Assembly (NCBI GenBank): GCA_002269645.1
Contig: NIVC01001503.1
Coordinates: 1-64,000, forward strand
Direction of reading: 5' to 3'
Source of the DNA: Macrostomum lignano
Taxonomy: Eukaryota
DNA length: 64,000 bases
How positions within the stretch are numbered: position 1 is the first letter of the stretch; each line of letters begins with the position of its first letter. The translations under genes were made by a program, and so were the position numbers. The notes under the pieces were generated by a model. It had not been told where the DNA came from, did not search any database, and saw only the letters and a program-made list of their open reading frames with translations. This document shows positions 1 through 10,922 of the stretch, in pieces.

Positions 1-145
1 TTAGCTGGGGTAATTGAGGTGTGTGGCGACCCCCCAGTACTTGGACTGAACAGCCGTACGCAGCCTTCAGATGCGCCGCGCATTAGCTGCGGCTGAACTG
101 TCGGTTGCTCTTCTGCCTATCAGAGCAAGGCTTAAGTGTGATTAT
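1..145 (+). mobile_element. 3' part of tRNA/CORE-type SINE (truncated by window edge)
   Basis: ttagctggggtaattgagg...ggactgaacagccgtacgcagccttcagatgcgccgcgc matches the 3' half of the full copy at 14782-15085. Confidence 0.85.
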
Positions 146-879
146 GGCCTTCAAATCACAGTAATGTTTTACAAAGCGATGAAAAACATGTACAAGTCGT
201 TTTTTGATTCGCAGAAGATTTATAATACGAAGCTCCCCCCACGGGGCAATTGAGTACTAACTCAAGAGCTGACAAAGCTAGCGGAATTTTACTTCTCAAA
301 AATGAATAATTCCCAAAACCTACACCGAGTTTATGCTTTAATCGTGTTAGAAGTAGACTTACGAAGCTAAATATTGCACTATATTGATAATTGTCAGTTC
401 TATTAACAACTTTATCTAGATAAGTAATGAATTTATGTACAATAAATCGCTTGGGAAAGAAGCTAGGCAATTCATGAAATTTAAGACTGGCATGCAATAA
501 GAAAGAGTTTAACGTGATTACCAAACCCACCGCTATCTAATATTTATGGAAGATATTTTTTCTGGAAAAAAAAACTTGCTCCATCAGCAAAAAATCAAAA
601 TAGGCGTAGAGAAAACCAAGTTGTAACTATACAATCAAAGAATTAGGGAAGCTTCTATCCAGGTGAGAGAAATGCAAAAACCGATACTTTAGTAGTAGTA
701 GCTATGCTAAAAGTGGAGGATTTCACTTTTTTGTGAGTCAAATAATGAATAGTGTACTTTAAACAGTTGTTTTTTATCTTGAAGGTTGTCAGGCCAACGA
801 TTTTGAGTACCTGTGTTACATAGCTTGTTTTACTTAGCGTTGAAATCTAAGAAATCCTGGTTGTATGCGACTGGGATTT

Positions 880-1445
880 ACTATGGATAAAGGGAAATCC
901 CTGTTGCTATGCGACTGGTGGTATTTACTGTAGCTAAGGGGAATCCCGGTTGCTGTTTGACTGAGATTTACTGTAGCTAAAGGGAATCCCAGTTTCTATG
1001 TGACTGGGATTTACTGTAGCTAAAGGGGAATCCCTGTTGCTATGTGACTGGAGTTTACTGTAGCTAAAGGGGAATCCCGGTTGCTATGTGACTAGGATTT
1101 ACTGTAGCTAAAGGGGAATCCCTGTTGCTATGTGACTGGGGTTTACTGTAGCTAAAGGGGAATCCCTGTTGCTATGTGACTGGGGTTTACTGTAGCTAAA
1201 GGGGAATCCCGGTTGCTATGTGACTAGTGGTGTTTACTGTAGCTAAAGGGAATCCCTGTTGCTATTCTATGTGACTGGGGTTTACTGTAGCTAAAGGGGA
1301 ATCCCTGTTGCTATGTGACTGGTTTACTGTAGCTAAGGGGAATCCCTGTTGCTATGTGACTGGGTTTACTGTAGCTAAGGGGAATCCCTGTTGCTATGTG
1401 ACTGGGATTTACTGTAGCTAACGGAATCCCGGTTGCTATGTGACA
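880..1445. repeat. Minisatellite, 42-44 bp unit (gggatttactgtagctaaaggggaatccctgttgctatgtgact)
   Basis: About 13 tandem units. The unit is a dimer of related ~22-mers (ctgtagcta/ctgttgcta). It begins about 40 bp past the Sec24 stop. Confidence 0.95.
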
Positions 1446-1483
1446 AGCGATCGCGTCTCTAAAAGAATCCCATTAGTCTCGCA

Positions 1484-4400
1484 TTACCCAAGAACATGTT
1501 TCTGCAAGTACTGAAGAAATTCCAAATAGGACATGCTCGAATCTGTCCGATCCTCAATCAGATACGGCGTCAGGGCAGCCATCGAAGCAGCTGACGAGGT
1601 CAGTTTCAATTTAACCACCGAACGAGGCCGGGTCGATCGGCGCGCAGTCGGTCGGAAAAGCGCGCGCCCTCGTCGCTAGCAGTTGAGCAGCTTCAGCCGA
1701 GCCGGTGGACGGTGGCAAGACTAAGAAAATCTTTAGCCCAGCATCCAGTAGGTAGGTTCCGCCCGGCTCCATCTGGCTGGCGCTCGGATGCAGACGAGGC
1801 GGCGATGATGGAGGCTGGGAGGCTGGCTGCTTGGAATCTGTTTCCGCTGGCTGTGGCCACAGGTGCAAGGCGTATAGTGAGGGCAGCAGCTGCTGCAGCA
1901 GGGAGCACAGCGGGCTGGTTCGCAACTGAAGCCGAGAATAATGCATTTGAGACGTGAGTGGCGAGTGCAATTCGTTCTTCATGTGTTGGTTGCTAAGAGA
2001 CGGTTGCAAACGGGTTGTTTCCTAAGGAGATGGCTGCTAATGGTTGTTTTCTAAAGGTTTGGTTGCTATGAGACCGTTGCTACTGGTTTGGTTGCTAAGA
2101 AACTGTTGCTACTGGTTTGGTTGCTAAGAGATGGTTGCTAGTATGTTGGTTGCTAAGAGATGGTTGCTAAGAGACCATTACTACTAGTTTGGTTGCTAAG
2201 AGACGGGTCCACGACAATTGACTGCCACAAAATGACTGCGGACAAAATGACTGCGGAGCAATTTGACTGCCGACAATTTGACTGCCGACAAAATGACTGC
2301 GGCAATTTGACTGCCGACAAAATGACTGCGGCAATTTGACTGCCGACAAAATGACTGCGGAGCAATTTGACTGCCGACAAAATGACTGCGGAGCAATTTG
2401 ACTGCCGACAAAATGACTGCGGAGCAATTTGACTGCCGACAATTTGACTGCCGACAAAATGACTGCGGAGCAATTTGACTGCCGACAATTTGACTGCCGA
2501 CAAAATGACTGCGGAGCAATTTGACTGCCGACAAAATGACTGCGGAGCAATTTGACTGCCGACAATTTGACTGCCGACAAAATGACTGCGGAGCAATTTG
2601 ACTGCCGACAATTTGACTGCCGACAAAATGACTGCGAAGCAATTTAACTGCCGACAATTTGACTGCCGACAAAATGACTGCGGAGCAATTTGACTGCCGA
2701 CAATTTGACTGCCGACAAAATGACTGCGGAGCAATTTAACTGCCGACAAAATGACTGCGGAGCAATTTGACTGCGGACAAAATGACTGCGGACAAAATGA
2801 CTGCGGACAAAATGACTGCGGACAAAATGACTGCGGACAAAATGACTGCGGACAAAATGACTGCGGACAAAATGACTGCGGACAAAATGACTGCGGACAA
2901 AATGACTGCGGACAAAATGACTGCGGACAAAATGACTGCGGACAAAATGACTGCGGACAAAATGACTGCGGACAAAATGACTGCGGACAAAATGACTGCG
3001 GACAAAATGACTGCGGACAAAATGACTGCGGACAAAATGACTGCGGACAAAATGACTGCGGCAGTTTGACTGCCGACAAAATGACTGCCAAAAATGACTG
3101 GCGACAAAATGACTGCCAAAAATGACTGGCGACAAAATGACTGCCAAAAATGACTGGCGACAAAATGACTGCCAAAAAACACTCCAGGCTCTGACCGTAT
3201 TTATGCAAGGCTAGCAATGCTTTTTACATGAGCAAAAATGCAAGCTACATTTGGCTTTCAACAATTCGTGCATGTATATCTACTAGTAAAATTAGAAGCG
3301 TCATGTCAAAAAAGAGAAGCGAAGTCATGTCAAACATAAAAGGCGTCAAGTAAAACATAAAAGAAACTTCATCAAACATAAAAGCAGCGTAAGGTAACAC
3401 ATAGAAGAAACGTAATCTAAAATATAAAGGAAGCGTCATTTAAAAATGTTGACATCTTGGGATGCTAAGGCTTACGGCGGCAATTGCTGCGATTTCGAGG
3501 CTTACTGGGGAATTGCTAAGATGTCAAGTCTTACAACGGGGAATTGCTGAGATGTCAAGACAAATAGGATATACATTAATAATTTTCGTCTCTTGCTTGT
3601 TGGCCGCCCCGAAGGGGGCGCAGGATTGCTACCAATGTTCAAACTGATCTTTTGCATGTAGCTGTGTTTAATGAATGCTGTTTATAGAGTTTTTTTTCTC
3701 CCATGTCATATTAATCTCATACTTGAATCTTATTGATTCTTTCAGATTTTTAAAAAATGTCACATACTCGTCCTATCAGAAAAGCTTTATTAGGCCTAGT
3801 CAAAGCTAAAGTTAATGATACGCTAGCGCGCGGCTATAGCTATATAAAGAGCATTCATGGAACACAGCTTCATGTGGAGGATCCGTTTGAACATTAGTAG
3901 ATATACATGCACGAATTGTTGAAAGCCAAATGTAGCTTGCATTTTTGTTCATGTAAAAAGCATTGCTAGCCTTGCATAAATACGGTCAGAGCCTGGAGTG
4001 TTTTTTTGGCAGTCATTTTGTCCGCAGTCATTTTGTCCGCAGTCATTTTTGGCAGTCATTTTGTCCGCAGTCATTTTTGGCAGTCATTTTGTCCGCAGTC
4101 ATTTTTGGCAGTCATTTTGTCCGCAGTCATTTTGTCGGCAGTCATTTTGTCCGCAGTCATTTTGTCCGCAGTCATTTTTGGCAGTCATTTTGTCCGCAGT
4201 CATTTTGTCGGCAGTCATTTTGTCCGCAGTCATTTTGTCGGAAGTCAAATTGTCGGAAGTCAAATTTTCGGAAGTCAAATTGTCGAAAGTCAAATTGTCG
4301 GCAGTCAAATTGTCGGCAGTCAAATTGTCGGCAGTCATTTTGTCGGAAGTCAAATTGTCGGCAGTCAAATTGTCGGCAGTCAAATTGTCGGCAGTCATTT

Positions 4401-7400
4401 TGTCCGCAGTCATTTTGTCGGAAGTCAAATTGTCGGAAGTCAAATTGTCCGCAGTCACTTTGTCGGAAGTCAAATTGTCGGAAGTCAAATTGTCAGAAGT
4501 CAAATTGTCCGCAGTCATTTTGTCCGCAGTCATTTTGTCCGCAGTCATTTTGTCCGCAGTCATTTTGTCCGCAGTCATTTTGTCGGAAGTCAAATTGTCG
4601 TAGACCCCTAAGAGACAGTTGCTACTAAGTTGGTTGCTAAGAGACCGTTGCTACTGGGTCGGTTGCTAAGGAGAGCGTTACTAGTGGGTTTTGGGTAAGT
4701 TGCTACTTCAAGTACAGCAAAAGTTTCATTCGTAGGATTGCAACAAAAAATCAGATTACGGGCGCAGCCCCCCCCCACAAAAAATTTACCTCGGCCAAAG
4801 CAGCCGCTCTTTCGTCCAGCTGTCCGACACTGGGCCGGAATGCGGGCCACTTGAGCAGCGCCAGGATCAGCAGCGGCAGCAGTCGAATGTTGGGAGGCGA
4901 CCAGAGGCCACCGGCGCCGCGCTGCCCGGTGGCCCGAGCGTAGGCGGCCAGCGGATCGGCTGCGGCGTTCACCAGCGCGTCGCGAGCGTCCGACAGGCGG
5001 TTGGCGCCGGTTATGATGCGCTCGGCGCCGATTTGCGCCAGAAGGCCGATAATCTTTAATGAAAAGATTCGATTTTGATAATTCGGTTAGGTGAATCGGC
5101 TGTCAAGGATTTGGTGAATGGCTGTTTATGATTTGGTGAATTGCTGTTTACAAATTTGGTGAATGGGCTGTGTTACGATTTGGTGAATGCGCTGTTTATG
5201 ATTTGGTGAATGGGCTGTTTATGATTTGGTGAATGGCTGTTAACGATTTGGTGAATGGGCTGTTTATGATTTGGTGAATGGCTGTTAACGATTTGGTTAA
5301 TGGCTGTTTATGATTTGGTGAATGGGCTGTTTATGATTTGGTGAATGGGCTGTTTACATTTGGTGAATGGCTATTTATGATTTGGTGAATGGGCTGTTTA
5401 TGATTTGGTGAATGGGCTGTTTACATTTGGTGAATGGCTGTTTATGATTTGGTGAATGGGCTGTTTACATTTGGTGAATGGCTGTTTACGATTTGGTTAA
5501 TGGCTGTTTATGATTTGGTGAATGGCTGTTTACGATTTGGTTAATGGCTGTTTATGATTGGGTGAATGGCTGTTTATGATCCAAGTTGCTTGAAAACGGC
5601 AGTCACGCTATCACAGCAGCTTTGAACTTAAAAATATCTCACCGCCCGCTGGTCGGACCCGGCGAACACATCCTCAATCCGGGTAGCAACCGGCAGTCCC
5701 AGCGTGTGCACTCGATCCTCCGCTCGCCCTTCCGCCCAGTGTACAGCAGAGCGGCCTGGAACACCACCGGCTCGCTGGCTCCCGCGGTGCCGGCGCCATC
5801 GCCGACAGCCAGCTGGATGGCGAATCCGGCGTCCGGACTAGCGCAGGGCAGCGCCGCCAAGTCGGTGGCGCGAACGAAACAGGAGCCGTAGAAGGCGGCC
5901 ACGCTGTAGCCGTTTGAGCAGCGGACCCGGAGCACAGCCTGGAGAATTAGGGCGATTCTGGGGTGGTTCAGGGCGATTCCTAGGGTGGTTCAGGGGCGAA
6001 TCTTTGGGATGGTTCAGGGGCGATTCGGAGGGTTATTCAGGGGCGAATCTTTGGGATGGTTCAGGGGCGATTCGGAAGGTTATTCAAAGGCGATTCGGAG
6101 GGTGGGTTCAGGGGCAATTCTGAGGGTTATTCAGAGACGATTCGGAGGGTGGGTTCAGGGGCGATTCGGAGGGTTATTCAGGGACGATTCGGAGGGTTGT
6201 TCAGGGGCGATTCGGAGGGTTATTCAGGGACGATTCGGAGGGTGGTTCAGGGGCGATTCTGAGGGTTATTCAGGGGCGATTCGGAGGGTTATTCAGGGAC
6301 GATTTGGAGGGTGGTTCAGGGGCAATTCTGAGGGTTATTCAGGGCGATTCGGAGGGTTATTCAGGGACGATTCTGAGGGTGGGTTTAGGGGCAATTCTGA
6401 GGGTTATTCAGGAACGATTCCTAGGGTGGTTCAGGGCAATTCATAGGATGGTTCAGGGCGATTCATAGGATGGTTCAGGGCGATTCTTGGCCTCCAAAGC
6501 AATTCCTCAAAGCTATAACAGAGACCTCTAATCCCAGCTTGCGAGTGAGATGCCGGCCAAGATCCGCAGCCAGCCGGTCCGCATCGTCGGGCAGGCGCGG
6601 ATAGCGGTGCACCCGGCCGGAGGAGTACACGGCTATGGGCATGACCGAGGCCAGGTCAGTGTGACCGGGCCCGACGCAGAACAGATCAACAGACAGCTGG
6701 GCGCTGCAACAGTCTAACGCCAGGCGCTTGTAATAGTCAGTGGCCGGCTGGCCAGCCAAGTCGTCCGAGTCTGATCCGGCCGGACCGGACAAGGCGCCGG
6801 GTCCGACTGACGGACGGGAGGCCAGAAACAACAGTAGACGGCCGCCGCTGGACTGGGCGAGTCTGAATACAAGTAAATTGACCGATTAAATACCCGTGTA
6901 TTACTGGCAGTAGGTGGTTAACGAATATCACTGTCACAATTGATGAATGATAGCGACGAAAAGTAAAAAACTGACAGAGATTGACCTGTCCACAAGAGAC
7001 ACAAGACAGTCTACAAGAGACACAGGCCAATCTACAAGAGACACAATGATCGAGCTACAAGAGACACAAGCCAATCTACAAGAGACACAATGATCGAGCT
7101 ACAAGAGACACAAGCCAATCTACAAGAGACACAATGATCAAACTACAAGAGACACAAGCCAATCTACAAGAGACACAATGACCAAGCTACAAGAGACACA
7201 AGCCAATCTACAAGAGACACAATGATCGAGCTACAAGAGACACAAGCCAATCTACAAGAGACACAATGATCAAGCAACCAGAGACACAAGCCAATCTACA
7301 AGAGACACAATGATCAATCTACAAGAGACACAATGATCAAGCAACCAGAGACACAAGCCAATCTACAAGAGACACAATGATCGAGCTACAAGAGACACAA

Positions 7401-10400
7401 GCCAATCTACAAGAGACACAATGATCAAGCTACAAGAGACACAATGATCAAGCTACAAGAGACACAAGCCAATCTATAAGAGACACAATGACCAAGCTAC
7501 AAGAGACACAAGCCAATCTACAAGAGACACAATGATCGAGCTACAAGAGACACAAGCCAATCTACAAGAGACACAATGACCAAGCAACCAGAGACACAAG
7601 CCAATCTACAAGAGACACAATGATCAATCTACAAGAGACACAATGATCAAGCAACCAGAGACACAAGCCAATCTACAAGAGACACAATGATCAAGCAACC
7701 AGAGACACAAGCCAATCTACAAGAGACACAAGCCAATCTACAAGAGACACAATGATCGAGCTACAAGAGACACAAGCCAATCTACAAGAGACACAATGAT
7801 CGAGCTACAAGAGACACAAGCCAATCTACAAGAGACACAATGATCAAGCAACCAGAGACACAAGCCAATTTACAAGAGACACAATGATCGAGCTACAAGA
7901 GACACAAGCCAATCTACAAGAGACACAATGATCGAGCTACAAGAGACACAAGCCAATCTACAAGAGACACAATGATCGAGCTACAAGAGACACAAGCCAA
8001 TCTACAAGAGACACAATGATCGAGCTACAAGAGACACAAGCCAATCTACAAGAGACACAATGATCAAGCAACCAGAGACACAAGTCAATCTACAAGAGAC
8101 ACAATGATCAAGCAACCAGAGACACAAGCCAATCTACAAAGACACAATGATCAAGCTACAAGAGACACAAGCCAATCTACAAGAGACACAATGATCAAGC
8201 TACAAGAGACACAGGCCAATCTACAAGAGACACAATGACTAAGCAGCCAGAGACACACAGGCCAATCTTTAAGACAGACCTGTGAGCTATGGCCAAAGCC
8301 GATCCCAGACAGCAGCCGGGCACCGCAGGGAACTCCAATTCGGGCAGCGATTCCAACAATTCAACGATGGCGTCGCGACATTCGGCCACGGGTACTAGAA
8401 GACCTTCGGGCATTGGTAGGTCCGAATCGCCGTCCAGATCAGGCATGGCCAGCAGGCTGGGACGGGGTCCGTCCAGTTTGTACAGGTGCAGAACGCCATT
8501 GAAGGTGATGACGGCCAGCTGGGTGCGGGTGTCGCCTGGCAGACGGTCCAGACAGCGAAGCAGAGTCTGACTAACCGCAGTCAAGTAGGCAGTTGCCGAC
8601 TTGGCAACGGCCGGGTCTGACGACAGAACCTGGGACACGTCCAGCGCCAGGATGTAGGTTGCGGGCGGCGGCGGCCGAACAGAATACTCCTGGGTGGCGA
8701 TGAATTCCACTGTGCCGTTGCGAATCTCTGGCCGACGGCTCGGGTCGCCGTAGGTCTGCGGGGGCAATAGGTTTCCAGCGGAGCAGTTGTCTTAAAACTA
8801 CTCGGACCAAAATATGAGTTCGTACTGGTCTAGGTGATTCTCTAGAGGGGCTGGGGTCTGCAAACTTTTTTTACCTGAAGGGCCAGATAAAGAATTCAGC
8901 TCATGGCTGCGGGCCAGATGAGAGTACAAGGAGAGAATAAAATATAGACGAGAGACGAGAGAAGAGTAAGGGGAGAGAAGAGAGCTGAGAAGAGGCACAA
9001 ACATTGAGCGGGCCGGATTGCTATTGTGAAGTTTCAAAGGACCCGAGGGACAGATAAAGGGATAAAGGCTAGTTTTCTACCCATTCTAAATGTATAATGT
9101 GGCATCCCGCCGATCTCTGATTGGTGTAGAACGAGTGACAGAACTTGATCTAGGTACAATAGAACATTTATATATAAATACCGTATATGCATAAAAGCGT
9201 TGATCTTAAAGCATTTAAGCGCGTATTATTTTTTTACAAGGTTTCTGCGAAAGTAAAAGTCTGCCTTACCTGGGACATGGGATCATAAAGAAACTCTTCT
9301 GGCAAATCGTTGTCAAGAAAGCAGAGACTGCAGCGCCATCTCTGTTGGCTGGAGAAGCGCACGAAAGGATTAATATAGGCCCGGCAATCTCGGCAGCGAA
9401 CGATGACGTTGGCCTGAATGACTGCCAGGCTGCGCAGATCCTTAAACGGGTGCATTGCCAGGCCTAACGGTAGGCGAGATCGGCGCAACAACTCGGCAGT
9501 GGCCGGCACGGCGTTCATTGTGCAGGACATGACATCCGGATTGCAGTTGGCCTCAGCCGGGAACGAATGGCCCAACGGCGGCGGAGCGACCGTCTCTATG
9601 GGCTCGGAGCCGTGCGTCCGCAGCAGCTGCCGGTCGCGCAGAAGATTCACTGAGTTTTCGCGATGCTGAGCGCTTGCAGTCGACCACTGCGGCTGCTGAA
9701 GCGTCGGCGGCGAAGTCATTTGTCGAGGCATCGGTCCAACGGGCAGCGGCGGCGTCGGCGCTACGAATGGCATTGGTGCTGGCGGCGCGGGGACAAATGA
9801 AGGGGGCGAAGGTGCGGCTGCAGATATTGGATGCATCGGCGGTTCTGGAGGTCCAATAGGCCGATGGCCAGGTGCCGTTGAGCTCGATGGCATCATAGGA
9901 GGTGGCGGAGGTCCAACAGGTTGATGGCCAGGTTGCGGAGGTCCAACAGGTTGATGGCCAGGTGGCGGAGGTCCAACAGGTTGATGGCCAGGTGGCGGAG
10001 GTCCAACAGGTTGATGGCCAGGTGCCGTTGAGCTCGATGGCATCATAGAAGGTGGCAGAGGTCTAACAGGTTGATGGCTAGGTGCCGTTGAGCTCGATGG
10101 CATCATAGGAGGTGGCGGACATCCAACAGGTTGATAGCCAGGTGCCGCTGAGCTCGATGGCATCATAGAAGGTGGCAGAGGTCTAACAGGTTGATGGCTA
10201 GGTGCCGTTGAGCTCGATGGCATCATAGGAGGTGGCGGACATCCAACAGGTTGATAGCCAGGTGCCGCTGAGCTCGATGGCATCATAGGAGGTGGCGGAC
10301 ATCCAACAGGTTGATAGTCAGGTGCCGTTGAGCTCGATGGCATCATAGGAGGTGGCAGAGGTCCAATAGGTTGATAGCCAGGTGCTGCTGAGCTCGATGG

Positions 10401-10922
10401 CATCATTGAGGACTGTGGACCTACATATCGATGGTCAGGTGTTGCTGAGCTACCAATTCTCATCTGGTGTACCTGAGACGTCAAGTTTGCAGCTGCTGTC
10501 TGAGTTGAAGGCACTTCAAATGATGAAACTTGAGGTGGTTGTCTCAACTGAGAAGGGTGTGGAGCTGACACTGAGGAAGATGTTGATGGACAAGGCATTG
10601 AACTTTTTGGCAAATGACTTTGCAGAGGCAATGGAGGTGCAGCCATACCTGCTTGTGCAGATGAGGAATTCAGACCATGCAAGTTCATCTGATTGGGCTG
10701 ATTAGACAACATAGACCTCACAGGTGTTGGATGCAATAAAGAGCCATGAGGAAGTTGTAATGGAGGTGTAGAGGCAAAAATAGGCCTTGTAGGGTTAGCT
10801 GATGTTTGACTTGGCTGAATTTTAGGCATAGTTTCAATAGGCATAAATGATCTAGCTGGCTGAGCTTGAGCAGATGACAATTGAAGGCTCCCATTGGGTC
10901 TTGTTGGTTGCTTTGGCTGCAT
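1484..10922 (-). CDS. SEC24: COPII coat subunit Sec24A/B-like, 6 exons, with apparent frameshifts
   Basis: Exons (minus): 10922-9270, 8755-8280, 6862-6526, 5938-5643, 5053-4790, 1925-1484, all with GT-AG boundaries. Motifs: zinc finger CRDCRAYINPF...WRCSLC, RPPPPATYILALDVS, LRVRCSNG, LLPLLILALLK, C-terminal LIEDRTDSSMSYLEFLQYLQKHVLG*. There is a 1-bp loss at ~5714 and further frame change(s) at ~1610-1740. Confidence 0.92.
2020..2204. repeat. Minisatellite, ~29 bp unit (ggttgctaagagaccgttgctactggttt), resuming at 4608-4700 after the foldback insertion
   Basis: The same unit lies on both sides of the 2205-4607 element, in Sec24 intron 5. Confidence 0.85.
2205..4607. mobile_element. Non-autonomous foldback-type DNA transposon (long TIRs made of 14-15 bp tandem repeats, 9-bp TSD)
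   Basis: Termini gggtccacgacaatt / aattgtcgtagaccc are inverted. TSD ctaagagac at 2196-2204 and 4608-4616. Arms are built of gacaaaatgactgcg / gacaatttgactgcc units. The inner unique inverted repeat (3179-3285 vs 3895-4003) has one mismatch. The ~610 bp spacer has no convincing ORF. Confidence 0.88.
5090..5580. repeat. Minisatellite, 22-23 bp unit (gatttggtgaatgggctgtttat), fills Sec24 intron 4
   Basis: About 22 tandem units between the exon edges at 5053 and 5643. Confidence 0.95.
5945..6485. repeat. Minisatellite, ~23 bp unit (tcaggggcgattcggagggttat), fills Sec24 intron 3
   Basis: Tandem units span nearly the whole 5939-6525 intron. The overlapping ORFs are repeat artefacts. Confidence 0.95.
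6995..8255. repeat. Minisatellite, alternating 21 and 23 bp units (44 bp dimer; ctacaagagacacaagccaat / ctacaagagacacaatgatcgag), Sec24 intron 2
   Basis: About 1.26 kb of tandem units ending about 25 bp from the exon edge at 8280. Confidence 0.95.
8852..9052 (+). mobile_element. hAT-type MITE, partial copy (Sec24 intron 1)
   Basis: It starts tggggtctgcaaacttttt and contains gagcgggccggattgctattgtgaagtttcaaaggacccgaggg, shared with the copies at 15512 and 50657. Confidence 0.75.
9880..10420 (-). repeat. Coding tandem repeat in Sec24 exon 1 (60 bp/20 aa PPPMMPSSSTAPGHQPVGCP and 30 bp/10 aa PPPGHQPVGP)
   Basis: Near-identical 60-bp and 30-bp periods are in frame in the Pro-rich N-terminus. Confidence 0.9.

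Noticed and set aside
300-670. Stop-riddled, protein-looking frame that might be a C>T-eroded pseudogene
   Set aside because: No recognisable motif. AT-rich DNA gives this impression by chance.
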